64,000 bases of DNA from Auanema rhodensis (GCA_964057225.1 OZ059900.1:22940001-23004000), one strand, 5' to 3'; counted from the first letter of the stretch, positions 1 to 14,600 are shown. Translations and numbers: made by a program. Notes: a model not told the origin generated them from the letters alone.

Positions 1-196
1 ATTTCATGTGTTCAAACTCATGCAATGTCAATGAAACCTAGCTCAAAACTGTTCCTACAACGTCTAGTTCCACTTTCACGACAAAAAAACAGGGGTTAGA
101 AAATTAAGGAAATTAGCATATTCTGAGAGCACGACCCTTATGGCTAATATTGATTAAATCGATTTTTGTTCATATGAGTCGTCAAATGCAACGAAT

Positions 197-239
197 TTCA
201 GCGTGTTACATACTAAAATGAAGCATTTTACATGCTGAA
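197..239. other. Dyad symmetry (potential hairpin) in each satellite A monomer
   Basis: TTCAGCGTG-[8-nt bulge]-TAAAATG-aag-CATTTTA-CATGCTGAA gives a perfect 7-bp inner stem plus a 9-bp outer stem with one G:T pair. Confidence 0.6.
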
Positions 240-313
240 CACTAGAAAAATACAAAAACACAGTATTTCCCATGAGAAATATTTTATTATGCTGGAAAAC
301 CAGTTTTTGGAAA

Positions 314-330
314 TTTCGCTGTAAACAAGG
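314..330 (+). other. CENP-B-box-like 17-mer, once per full satellite A monomer (similarity only)
   Basis: TTTCGCTGTAAACAAGG versus human CTTCGTTGGAAACGGGA: 11/17 identical and 7 of the 9 core positions (TTCG....A..CGGG). Two essential G residues are A here. Confidence 0.25.
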
Positions 331-2835
331 TTTTGACTTACGATTTCATGTGTTCAAACTCATGCAATGTCAATGAAACCTGGCTCAAAACTGTTCGTAC
401 AACGTCTAGTTCCACTTTCACGACAAAAAAACAGGGGTTAGAAAATTTAGGAAATTAGCATATTCTGAGGGCACGCCCCTTATGGCTAATATTGATTAAA
501 TCGATTTTTGTTCATATGAGTCGTCAAATGCAACGAATTTCAGCGTGTTACATACTAAAATGAAGTATTTTACATGCTGAACACTAGAAAAATACAAAAA
601 CACAGTATTTCCCATAAGAAATATTTTATTATGCTGGAAAACCAGTTTTTGGAAATTTCGCTGTAAACAAGGTTTTGACTTACGATTTCATGTGTTCAAA
701 CTCATGCAATGTCAATGAAACCTAGCTCAAAATTGTTTGTACAACGTCTAGTTCCACTTTTACGACAAAAAAACAGGGGTTAGAAAATTAAGGAAATTAG
801 CATATTCTGAGGGCACGCCCCTTATGGCTAATATTGATTAAATCGATTTTTGTTCATATGAGTCGTCAAATGCAACGAATTTCAGCGTGTTACATACTAA
901 AATGAAGCATTTTACATGCTGAACACTAGAAAAATACAAAAACACAGTATTTCCCATAAGAAATATTTTATTATGCTGGAAAACCAGTTTTTGGAAATTT
1001 CGCTGTAAACAAGGTTTTGACTTACGATTTCATGTGTTCAAACTCATGCAATGTCAATGAAACCTAGCTCAAAACTGTTCGTACAACGTCTAGTTCCACT
1101 TTCACGACAAAAAAACAGGGGTTAGAAAATTTAGGAAATTAGCATATTCTGAGGGCACGCCCCTTATGGCTAATATTGATTAAATCGATTTTTGTTCATA
1201 TGAGTCGTCAAATGCAACGAATTTCAGCGTGTTACATACTAAAATGAAGTATTTTACATGCTGAACACTAGAAAAATACAAAAACACAGTATTTCCCATA
1301 AGAAATATTTTATTATGCTGGAAAACCAGTTTTTGGAAATTTCGCTGTAAACAAGGTTTTGACTTACGATTTCATATGTTCAAACTCATGCAATGTCAAT
1401 GAAACCTAGCTCAAAATTGTTCGTACAACGTCTAGTTCCACTTTCACGACAAAAAAACAGGGGTTAGAAAATTAAGGAAATTAGCATATTCTGAGGCCTT
1501 ATGGCTAATATTGATTAAATCGATTTTTGTTCATATGAGTCGTCAAATGCAACAAATTTCAGCGTGTTACATACTAAAATAAAGCATTTTACAAGCTGAA
1601 CACTAGAAAAATACAAAAACACAGTTTTTCCCATGAGAAATATTTTATTATGCTGGAAAACCAGTTTTTGGAAATTTCGCTGTAAACAAGGTTTTGACTT
1701 ACGATTTCATGTGTTCAAACTCATGCAATGTCAATGAAACCTAGCTCAAAATTGTTCGTACAACGTCTAGTTCCACTTTCACGACAAAAAAACAGGGGTT
1801 AGAAAATTTAGGAAATTAGCATATTCTGAGGGCACGCCCCTTATGGCTAATATTGATTAAATCGATTTTTGTTCATATGAGTCGTCAAATGCAACGAATT
1901 TCAGCGTGTTACATACTAAAATGAAGTATTTTACATGCTGAACACTAGAAAAATACAAAAACACAGTATTTCCCATGAGAAATACTTTATTATGCTGGAA
2001 AACCAGTTTTTGGAAATTTCGCTGTAAACAAGGTTTTGACTTACGATTTCATGTGTTCAAACTCATGCAATGTCAATGAAACCTAGCTCAAAATTGTTCG
2101 TACAACGTCTAGTTCCACTTTCACGACAAAAAAACAGGGGTTAGAAAATTAAGGAAATTAGCATATTCTGAGGGCACGCCCCTTATGGCTAATATTGATT
2201 AAATCGATTTTTGTTCATATGAGTCGTCAAATGCAACAAATTTCAGCGTGTTACATACTAAAATGAAGCATTTTACAAGCTGAACACTAGAAAAATACAA
2301 AAACACAGTTTTTCCCATGAGAAATATTTTATTATGCTGGAAAACCAGTTTTTGGAAATTTCGCTGTAAACAAGGTTTTGACTTACGATTTCATGTGTTC
2401 AAACTCATGCAATGTCAATGAAACCTAGCTCAAAATTGTTCCTACAACGTCTAATTCCACTTTCACGACAAAAAAACAGGGGTTAGAAAATTAAGGAAAT
2501 TAGCATATTCTGAGGGCACGCCCCTTATGGCTAATATTGATTAAATCGATTTTTGTTCATATGAGTCGTCAAATGCAACGAATTTCAGCGTGTTACATAC
2601 TAAAATGAAGCATTTTACATGCTGAACACTAGAAAAATACAAAAACACAGTATTTCCCATAAGAAATATTTTATTCTGCTGGAAAACCAGTTTTTGGAAA
2701 TTTCGCTGTAAACAAGGTTTTGACTTACGATTTCATGTGTTCAAACTCATGCAATGTCAATGAAACCTAGCTCAAAACTGTTCGTACAACGTCTAGTTCC
2801 ACTTTCACGACAAAAAAACAGGGGTTAGAAAATTT

Positions 2836-5800
2836 AGGAAATTAGCATATTCTGAGGGCACGCCCCTTATGGCTAATATTGATTAAATCGATTTTTGTTC
2901 ATATGAGTCGTCAAATGCAACAAATTTCAGCGTGTTACATACTAAAATGAAGTATTTTACATGCTGAACACTAGAAAAATACAAAAACACTGTATTTCCC
3001 ATAAGAAATATTTTATTATGCTGGAAAACCAGTTTTTGGAAATTTCGCTGTAAACAAGGTTTTGACTTACGATTTCATATGTTCAAACTCATGCAATGTC
3101 AATGAAACCTAGCTCAAAATTGTTCGTACAACGTCTAGTTCCACTTTCACGACAAAAAAACAGGGGTTAGAAAATTTAGGAAATTAGCATATTCTGAGGG
3201 CACGCCCCTTATGGCTAATATTGATTAAATCGATTTTTGTTCATATGAGTCGTCAAATGCAACGAATTTCAGCGTGTTACATACTAAAATGAAGTATTTT
3301 ACATGCTGAACACTAGAAAAATACAAAAACACAGTATTTCCCATGAGAAATATTTTATTATGCTGGAAAACCAGTTTTTGGAAATTTCGCTGTAAACAAG
3401 GTTTTGACTTACGATTTCATGTGTTCAAACTCATGCAATGTCAATGAAACCTAGCTCAAAATTGTTCCTACAACGTCTAATTCCACTTTCACGACAAAAA
3501 AACAGGGGTTAGAAAATTAAGGAAATTAGCATATTCTGAGGGCACGCCCCTTATGGCTAATATTGATTAAATCGATTTTTGTTCATATGAGTCGTCAAAT
3601 GCAACGAATTTCAGCGTGTTACATACTAAAATGAAGCATTTTACATGCTGAACACTAGAAAAATACAAAAACACAGTATTTCCCATAAGAAATATTTTAT
3701 TATGCTGGAAAACCAGTTTTTGGAAATTTCGCTGTAAACAAGGTTTTGACTTACGATTTCATGTGTTCAAACTCATGCAATGTCAATGAAACCTAGCTCA
3801 AAACTGTTCGTACAACGTCTAGTTCCACTTTCACGACAAAAAAACAGGGGTTAGAAAATTTAGGAAATTAGCATATTCTGAGGGCACGCCCCTTATGGCT
3901 AATATTGATTAAATCGATTTTTGTTCATATGAGTCGTCAAATGCAACAAATTTCAGCGTGTTACATACTAAAATGAAGTATTTTACATGCTGAACACTAG
4001 AAAAATACAAAAACACTGTATTTCCCATAAGAAATATTTTATTATGCTGGAAAACCAGTTTTTGGAAATTTCGCTGTAAACAAGGTTTTGACTTACGATT
4101 TCATATGTTCAAACTCATGCAATGTCAATGAAACCTAGCTCAAAATTGTTCGTACAACGTCTAGTTCCACTTTCACGACAAAAAAACAGGGGTTAGAAAA
4201 ATTCAGGAAATTAGCATATTCTGAGGGCACGCCCCTTATGGCTAATATTGATTAAATCGATTTTTGTTCATATGAGTCGTCAAATGCAACGAATTTCAGC
4301 GTGTTACATACTAAAATGAAGTATTTTACATGCTGAACACTAGAAAAATACAAAAACACAGTATTTCCCATGAGAAATATTTTATTATGCTGGAAAACCA
4401 GTTTTTGGAAATTTCGCTGTAAACAAGGTTTTGACTTACGATTTCATGTGTTCAAACTCATGCAATGTCAATGAAACCTAGCTCAAAATTGTTCCTACAA
4501 CGTCTAATTCCACTTTCACGACAAAAAAACAGGGGTTAGAAAATTAAGGAAATTAGCATATTCTGAGGGCACGCCCCTTATGGCTAATATTGATTAAATC
4601 GATTTTTGTTCATATGAGTCGTCAAATGCAACGAATTTCAGCGTGTTACATACTAAAATGAAGCATTTTACATGCTGAACACTAGAAAAATACAAAAACA
4701 CAGTATTTCCCATAAGAAATATTTTATTATGCTGGAAAACCAGTTTTTGGAAATTTCGCTGTAAACAAGGTTTTGACTTACGATTTCATGTGTTCAAACT
4801 CATGCAATGTCAATGAAACCTAGCTCAAAACTGTTCGTACAACGTCTAGTTCCACTTTCACGACAAAAAAACAGGGGTTAGAAAATTTAGGAAATTAGCA
4901 TATTCTGAGGGCACGCCCCTTATGGCTAATATTGATTAAATCGATTTTTGTTCATATGAGTCGTCAAATGCAACAAATTTCAGCGTGTTACATACTAAAA
5001 TGAAGTATTTTACATGCTGAACACTAGAAAAATACAAAAACACTGTATTTCCCATAAGAAATATTTTATTATGCTGGAAAACCAGTTTTTGGAAATTTCG
5101 CTGTAAACAAGGTTTTGACTTACGATTTCATATGTTCAAACTCATGCAATGTCAATGAAACCTAGCTCAAAATTGTTCGTACAACGTCTAGTTCCACTTT
5201 CACGACAAAAAAACAGGGGTTAGAAAATTAAGGAAATTAGCATATTCTGAGGGCACGCCCCTTATGGCTAATATTGATTAAATCGATTTTTGTTCATATG
5301 AGTCGTCAAATGCAACAAATTTCAGCGTGTTACATACTAAAATGAAGCATTTTACAAGCTGAACACTAGAAAAATACAAAAACACAGTTTTTCCCATGAG
5401 AAATATTTTATTATGCTGGAAAACCAGTTTTTGGAAATTTCGCTGTAAACAAGGTTTTGACTTACGATTTCATGTGTTCAAACTCATGCAATGTCAATGA
5501 AACCTAGCTCAAAATTGTTCGTACAACGTCTAGTTCCACTTTCACGACAAAAAAACAGGGGTTAGAAAATTTAGGAAATTAGCATATTCTGAGGGCACGC
5601 CCCTTATGGCTAATATTGATTAAATCGATTTTTGTTCATATGAGTCGTCAAATGCAACGAATTTCAGCGTGTTACATACTAAAATAAAGTATTTTACATG
5701 CTGAACACTAGAAAAATACAAAAACACAGTATTTCCCATGAGAAATATTTTATTATGCTGGAAAACCAGTTTTTGGAAATTTCGCTGTAAACAAGGTTTT

Positions 5801-8800
5801 GACTTACGATTTCATGTGTTCAAACTCATGCAATGTCAATGAAACCTAGCTCAAAATTGTTCCTACAACGTCTAATTCCACTTTCACGACAAAAAAACAG
5901 GGGTTAGAAAATTAAGGAAATTAGCATATTCTGAGGGCACGCCCCTTATGGCTAATATTGATTAAATCGATTTTTGTTCATATGAGTCGTCAAATGCAAC
6001 GAATTTCAGCGTGTTACATACTAAAATGAAGTATTTTACATGCTGAACACTAGAAAAATACAAAAACACAGTATTTCCCATGAGAAATATTTTATTATGC
6101 TGGAAAACCAGTTTTTGGAAATTTCGCGGTAAACAAGGTTTTGACTTACGATTTCATGTGTTCAAACTCATGCAATGTCAATGAAACCTAGCTCAAAATT
6201 GTTCCTACAACGTCTAGTTCCACTTTCACGACAAAAAACAGGGGTTAGAAAATTAAGGAAATTAGCATATTCTGAGGGCACGCCCCTTATGGCTTATATT
6301 GATTAAATCGATTTTTGTTCATATGAGTCGTCAAATGCAACGAATTTCAGCGTGTTACATACTAAAATGAAGTATTTTACATGCTGAACACTAGAAAAAT
6401 ACAAAAACACAGTATTTCCCATGAGAAATATTTTATTATGCTGGAAAACCAGTTTTTGGAAATTTCGCTGTAAACAAGGTTTTGACTTACGATTTCATGT
6501 GTTCAAACTCATGCAATGTCAATGAAACCTAGCTCAAAATTGTTCCTACAACGTCTAGTTCCACTTTCACGACAAAAAACAGGGGTTAGAAAATTAAGGA
6601 AATTAGCATATTCTGAGGGCACGCCCCTTATGGCTAATATTGATTAAATCGATTTTTGTTCATATGAGTCGTCAAATGCAACAAATTTCAGCGTGTTACA
6701 TACTAAAATGAAGTATTTTACATGCTGAACACTAGAAAAATACAAAAACACTGTATTTCCCATAAGAAATATTTTATTATGCTGGAAAACCAGTTTTTGG
6801 AAATTTCGCTGTAAACAAGGTTTTGACTTACGATTTCATATGTTCAAACTCATGCAATGTCAATGAAACCTAGCTCAAAATTGTTCGTACAACGTCTAGT
6901 TCCACTTTCACGACAAAAAAACAGGGGTTAGAAAATTTAGGAAATTAGCATATTCTGAGGGCACGCCCCTTATGGCTAATATTGATTAAATCGATTTTTG
7001 TTCATATGAGTCGTCAAATGCAACGAATTTCAGCGTGTTACATACTAAAATGAAGTATTTTACATGCTGAACACTAGAAAAATACAAAAACACAGTATTT
7101 CCCATGAGAAATATTTTATTATGCTGGAAAACCAGTTTTTGGAAATTTCGCTGTAAACAAGGTTTTGACTTACGATTTCATGTGTTCAAACTCATGCAAT
7201 GTCAATGAAACCTAGCTCAAAATTGTTCCTACAACGTCTAATTCCACTTTCACGACAAAAAAACAGGGGTTAGAAAATTAAGGAAATTAGCATATTCTGA
7301 GGGCACGCCCCTTATGGCTAATATTGATTAAATCGATTTTTGTTCATATGAGTCGTCAAATGCAACGAATTTCAGCGTGTTACATACTAAAATGAAGCAT
7401 TTTACATGCTGAACACTAGAAAAATACAAAAACACAGTATTTCCCATAAGAAATATTTTATTATGCTGGAAAACCAGTTTTTGGAAATTTCGCTGTAAAC
7501 AAGGTTTTGACTTACGATTTCATGTGTTCAAACTCATGCAATGTCAATGAAACCTAGCTCAAAACTGTTCGTACAACGTCTAGTTCCACTTTCACGACAA
7601 AAAAACAGGGGTTAGAAAATTTAGGAAATTAGCATATTCTGAGGGCACGCCCCTTATGGCTAATATTGATTAAATCGATTTTTGTTCATATGAGTCGTCA
7701 AATGCAACAAATTTCAGCGTGTTACATACTAAAATGAAGTATTTTACATGCTGAACACTAGAAAAATACAAAAACACTGTATTTCCCATAAGAAATATTT
7801 TATTATGCTGGAAAACCAGTTTTTGGAAATTTCGCTGTAAACAAGGTTTTGACTTACGATTTCATATGTTCAAACTCATGCAATGTCAATGAAACCTAGC
7901 TCAAAATTGTTCGTACAACGTCTAGTTCCACTTTCACGACAAAAAAACAGGGGTTAGAAAATTTAGGAAATTAGCATATTCTGAGGGCACGCCCCTTATG
8001 GCTAATATTGATTAAATCGATTTTTGTTCATATGAGTCGTCAAATGCAACGAATTTCAGCGTGTTACATACTAAAATGAAGTATTTTACATGCTGAACAC
8101 TAGAAAAATACAAAAACACAGTATTTCCCATGAGAAATATTTTATTATGCTGGAAAACCAGTTTTTGGAAATTTCGCTGTAAACAAGGTTTTGACTTACG
8201 ATTTCATGTGTTCAAACTCATGCAATGTCAATGAAACCTAGCTCAAAATTGTTCCTACAACGTCTAATTCCACTTTCACGACAAAAAAACAGGGGTTAGA
8301 AAATTAAGGAAATTAGCATATTCTGAGGGCACGCCCCTTATGGCTAATATTGATTAAATCGATTTTTGTTCATATGAGTCGTCAAATGCAACGAATTTCA
8401 GCGTGTTACATACTAAAATGAAGCATTTTACATGCTGAACACTAGAAAAATACAAAAACACAGTATTTCCCATAAGAAATATTTTATTATGCTGGAAAAC
8501 CAGTTTTTGGAAATTTCGCTGTAAACAAGGTTTTGACTTACGATTTCATGTGTTCAAACTCATGCAATGTCAATGAAACCTAGCTCAAAACTGTTCGTAC
8601 AACGTCTAGTTCCACTTTCACGACAAAAAAACAGGGGTTAGAAAATTTAGGAAATTAGCATATTCTGAGGGCACGCCCCTTATGGCTAATATTGATTAAA
8701 TCGATTTTTGTTCATATGAGTCGTCAAATGCAACAAATTTCAGCGTGTTACATACTAAAATGAAGTATTTTACATGCTGAACACTAGAAAAATACAAAAA

Positions 8801-10304
8801 CACTGTATTTCCCATAAGAAATATTTTATTATGCTGGAAAACCAGTTTTTGGAAATTTCGCTGTAAACAAGGTTTTGACTTACGATTTCATATGTTCAAA
8901 CTCATGCAATGTCAATGAAACCTAGCTCAAAATTGTTCGTACAACGTCTAGTTCCACTTTCACGACAAAAAAACAGGGGTTAGAAAATTAAGGAAATTAG
9001 CATATTCTGAGGGCACGCCCCTTATGGCTAATATTGATTAAATCGATTTTTGTTCATATGAGTCGTCAAATGCAACAAATTTCAGCGTGTTACATACTAA
9101 AATGAAGCATTTTACAAGCTGAACACTAGAAAAATACAAAAACACAGTTTTTCCCATGAGAAATATTTTATTATGCTGGAAAACCAGTTTTTGGAAATTT
9201 CGCTGTAAACAAGGTTTTGACTTACGATTTCATGTGTTCAAACTCATGCAATGTCAATGAAACCTAGCTCAAAATTGTTCGTACAACGTCTAGTTCCACT
9301 TTCACGACAAAAAAACAGGGGTTAGAAAATTTAGGAAATTAGCATATTCTGAGGGCACGCCCCTTATGGCTAATATTGATTAAATCGATTTTTGTTCATA
9401 TGAGTCGTCAAATGCAACGAATTTCAGCGTGTTACATACTAAAATAAAGTATTTTACATGCTGAACACTAGAAAAATACAAAAACACAGTATTTCCCATG
9501 AGAAATATTTTATTATGCTGGAAAACCAGTTTTTGGAAATTTCGCTGTAAACAAGGTTTTGACTTACGATTTCATGTGTTCAAACTCATGCAATGTCAAT
9601 GAAACCTAGCTCAAAATTGTTCCTACAACGTCTAATTCCACTTTCACGACAAAAAAACAGGGGTTAGAAAATTAAGGAAATTAGCATATTCTGAGGGCAC
9701 GCCCCTTATGGCTAATATTGATTAAATCGATTTTTGTTCATATGAGTCGTCAAATGCAACGAATTTCAGCGTGTTACATACTAAAATGAAGTATTTTACA
9801 TGCTGAACACTAGAAAAATACAAAAACACAGTATTTCCCATGAGAAATATTTTATTATGCTGGAAAACCAGTTTTTGGAAATTTCGCGGTAAACAAGGTT
9901 TTGACTTACGATTTCATGTGTTCAAACTCATGCAATGTCAATGAAACCTAGCTCAAAATTGTTCCTACAACGTCTAGTTCCACTTTCACGACAAAAAACA
10001 GGGGTTAGAAAATTAAGGAAATTAGCATATTCTGAGGGCACGCCCCTTATGGCTTATATTGATTAAATCGATTTTTGTTCATATGAGTCGTCAAATGCAA
10101 CGAATTTCAGCGTGTTACATACTAAAATGAAGTATTTTACATGCTGAACACTAGAAAAATACAAAAACACAGTATTTCCCATGAGAAATATTTTATTATG
10201 CTGGAAAACCAGTTTTTGGAAATTTCGCTGTAAACAAGGTTTTGACTTACGATTTCATGTGTTCAAACTCATGCAATGTCAATGAAACCTAGCTCAAAAT
10301 TGTT
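2836..10304 (+). repeat. 11-monomer (about 3760-bp) tandem duplication within satellite A, itself containing a repeated 3-monomer unit
   Basis: Private variants ATTTCGCGGT (6121, 9881) and GGCTTATATT (6291, 10051) recur at offset 3760. Copies are about 2836-6544 and 6597-10304. Confidence 0.88.
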
Positions 10305-11619
10305 TGTATAACGTCTAGTTCCACTTTCACGACAAAAAAACAGGGGTTAGAAAATTAAGGAAATTAGCATATTCTGAGGGCACGCCCCTTATGGCTAATA
10401 TTGATTAAATCGATTTTTGTTCATATGAGTCGTCAAATGCAACGAATTTCAGCGTGTTACATACTAAAATGAAGCATTTTACATGCTGAACACTAGAAAA
10501 ATACAAAAACACAGTATTTCCCATGAGAAATATTTTATTATGCTGGAAAACCAGTTTTTGGAAATTTCGCTGTAAACAAGGTTTTGACTTACGATTTCAT
10601 GTGTTCAAACTCATGCAATGTCAATGAAACCTAGCTCAAAATTGTTCGTACGACGTCTAGTTCCACTTTCACGACAAAAAAACAGGGGTTAGAAAATTAA
10701 GGAAATTAGCATATTCTGAGGGCACGCCCCTTATGACTAATATTGATTAAATCGATTTTTGTTCATATGAGTCGTCAAATGCAACGAATTTTAGCGTGTT
10801 ACATACTAAAATGAAGCATTTTACATGCTGAACACTAGAAAAATACAAAAACGCAGTATTTCCCATGAGAAATATTTTATTATGCTGGAAAACCAGTTTT
10901 TGGAAATTTCGCTGTAAACAAGGTTTTGACTTACGATTTCATGTGTTCAAACTCATGCAATGTCAATGAAACCTAGCTCAAAATTGTTCGTACAACGTCT
11001 AGTTCCACTTTCACGACAAAAAAACAGGGGTTAGAAAATTAAGGAAATTAGCATATTCTGAGGGCACGCCCCTTATGGCTAATATTGATTAAATCGATTT
11101 TTGTTCATATGAGTCGTCAAATGCAACGAATTTTAGCGTGTTACATACTAAAATGAAGCATTTTACATGCTGAACACTAGAAAAATACAAAAACACAGTA
11201 TTTCCCATGAGAAATATTTTATTATGCTGGAAAACCAGTTTTTGGAAATTTCGCTGTAAACAAGGTTTTGACTTACGATTTCATGTGTTCAAACTCATGC
11301 AATGTCAATGAAACCTAGCTCAAAATTGTTCGTACAACGTCTAGTTCCACTTTCACGACAAAAAAACAGGGGTTAGAAAATTAAGGAAATTAGCATATTC
11401 TGAGGGCACGCCCCTTATGGCTAATATTGATTAAATCGATTTTTGTTCATATGAGTCGTCAAATGCAACGAATTTCAGCGTGTTACATACTAAAATGAAG
11501 CATTTTACATGCTGAACACTAGAAAAATACAAAAACACAGTATTTCCCATGAGAAATATTTTATTATGCTGGAAAACCAGTTTTTGGAAATTTCGCTGTA
11601 AACAAGGTTTTGACTTACG

Positions 11620-14600
11620 ATTTCATGTGTTCAAACTCATGCAATGTCAATGAAACCTAGCTCAAAATTGTTTGTACAACGTCTAGTTCCAGTTTCACGA
11701 CAAAAAAAACAAGGGTTAGAAAATTAAGGAAATTAGCATATTCTGAGGGCACGCCCGTTATGGCTAATATTGATTAAATCGATTTTTGTTCATATGAGTC
11801 GTCAAATGCAACGAATTTCAGCGTGTTACATACTAAAATGAAGCATTTTACATGCTGAACACTAGAAAAATACAAAAACACAGTATTTCCCATGAGAAAT
11901 ATTTTATTATGCTGGAAAACCAGTTTTTGGTAATTTCGCTGTAAACAAGGTTTTGACTTACGATTTCATGTGTTCAAACTCATGCAATGTCAATGAAACC
12001 TAGCTCAAAATTGTTCGTACAACGTCTAGTTCCACTTTCACGACAAAAAAACAGGGGTTAGAAAATTAAGGAAATTAGCATATTCTGAGGGCACGCCCCT
12101 TATGGCTAATATTGATTAAATCGATTTTTGTTCATATGAGTCGTCAAATGCAACGAATTTCAGCGTGTTACATACTAAAATGAAGCATTTTACATGCTGA
12201 ACACTAGAAAAATACAAAAACACAGTATTTCCCATGAGAAATATTTTATTATGCTGGAAAACCAGTTTTTGGAAATTTCGCTGTAAACAAGGTTTTGACT
12301 TACGATTTCATGTGTTCAAACTCATGCAATGTCAATGAAACCTAGCTCAAAATTGTTCCTACAACGTCTAATTCCACTTTCACGACAAAAAAACAGGGGT
12401 TAGAAAATTAAGGAAATTAGCATATTCTGAGGGCACGCCCCTTATGGCTAATATTGATTAAATCGATTTTTGTTCATATGAGTCGTCAAATGCAACGAAT
12501 TTCAGCGTGTTACATACTAAAATGAAGCATTTTACATGCTGAACACTAGAAAAATACAAAAACACAGTATTTCCCATAAGAAATATTTTATTATGCTGGA
12601 AAACCAGTTTTTGGAAATTTCGCTGTAAACAAGGTTTTGACTTACGATTTCATGTGTTCAAACTCATGCAATGTCAATGAAACCTAGCTCAAAATTGTTC
12701 GTACAACGTCTAGTTCCACTTTCACGACAAAAAAACAGGGGTTAGAAAATTAAGGAAATTAGCATATTCTGAGGGCACGCCCCTTATGGCTAATATTGAT
12801 TAAATCGATTTTTGTTCATATGAGTCGTCAAATGCAACAAATTTCAGCGTGTTACATACTAAAATGAAGCATTTTACAAGCTGAACACTAGAAAAATACA
12901 AAAACACAGTTTTTCCCATGAGAAATATTTTATTATGCTGGAAAACCAGTTTTTGGAAATTTCGCTGTAAACAAGGTTTTGACTTACGATTTCATGTGTT
13001 CAAACTCATGCAATGTCAATGAAACCTAGCTCAAAATTGTTCGTACAACGTCTAGTTCCACTTTCACGACAAAAAAACAGGGGTTAGAAAATTTAGGAAA
13101 TTAGCATATTCTGAGGGCACGCCCCTTATGGCTAATATTGATTAAATCGATTTTTGTTCATATGAGTCGTCAAATGCAACGAATTTCAGCGTGTTACATA
13201 CTAAAATGAAGTATTTTACATGCTGAACACTAGAAAAATACAAAAACACAGTATTTCCCATGAGAAATATTTTATTATGCTGGAAAACCAGTTTTTGGAA
13301 ATTTCGCTGTAAACAAGGTTTTGACTTACGATTTCATGTGTTCAAACTCATGCAATGTCAATGAAACCTAGCTCAAAATTGTTTGTACAACGTCTAGTTC
13401 CAGTTTCACGACAAAAAAAACAAGGGTTAGAAAATTAAGGAAATTAGCATATTCTGAGGGCACGCCCGTTATGGCTAATATTGATTAAATCGATTTTTGT
13501 TCATATGAGTCGTCAAATGCAACGAATTTCAGCGTGTTACATACTAAAATGAAGCATTTTACATGCTGAACACTAGAAAAATACAAAAACACAGTATTTC
13601 CCATGAGAAATATTTTATTATGCTGGAAAACCAGTTTTTGGTAATTTCGCTGTAAACAAGGTTTTGACTTACGATTTCATGTGTTCAAACTCATGCAATG
13701 TCAATGAAACCTAGCTCAAAATTGTTCGTACAACGTCTAGTTCCACTTTCACGACAAAAAAACAGGGGTTAGAAAATTAAGGAAATTAGCATATTCTGAG
13801 GGCACGCCCCTTATGGCTAATATTGATTAAATCGATTTTTGTTCATATGAGTCGTCAAATGCAACGAATTTCAGCGTGTTACATACTAAAATGAAGCATT
13901 TTACATGCTGAACACTAGAAAAATACAAAAACACAGTATTTCCCATGAGAAATATTTTATTATGCTGGAAAACCAGTTTTTGGAAATTTCGCTGTAAACA
14001 AGGTTTTGACTTACGATTTCATGTGTTCAAACTCATGCAATGTCAATGAAACCTAGCTCAAAATTGTTCCTACAACGTCTAATTCCACTTTCACGACAAA
14101 AAAACAGGGGTTAGAAAATTAAGGAAATTAGCATATTCTGAGGGCACGCCCCTTATGGCTAATATTGATTAAATCGATTTTTGTTCATATGAGTCGTCAA
14201 ATGCAACGAATTTCAGCGTGTTACATACTAAAATGAAGCATTTTACATGCTGAACACTAGAAAAATACAAAAACACAGTATTTCCCATAAGAAATATTTT
14301 ATTATGCTGGAAAACCAGTTTTTGGAAATTTCGCTGTAAACAAGGTTTTGACTTACGATTTCATGTGTTCAAACTCATGCAATGTCAATGAAACCTAGCT
14401 CAAAATTGTTCGTACAACGTCTAGTTCCACTTTCACGACAAAAAAACAGGGGTTAGAAAATTAAGGAAATTAGCATATTCTGAGGGCACGCCCCTTATGG
14501 CTAATATTGATTAAATCGATTTTTGTTCATATGAGTCGTCAAATGCAACAAATTTCAGCGTGTTACATACTAAAATGAAGCATTTTACAAGCTGAACACT

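Noticed and set aside
91-110. Telomere-like GGGGTTAG and TTTAGG motifs
   Set aside because: They are single isolated motifs per monomer and never tandem.
171-197. CATATGAGT...ACGAAT in satellite A as a degenerate hammerhead core
   Set aside because: Both conserved boxes are mismatched (CATATGA versus CTGATGA, GAAT versus GAAA) and there are no supporting stems.
1-342. Assignment to a named satellite (e.g. Drosophila 1.688/359-bp family or beetle satellites of similar length)
   Set aside because: Only short AT-rich word matches or length coincidences from memory, which I cannot verify without a database search.
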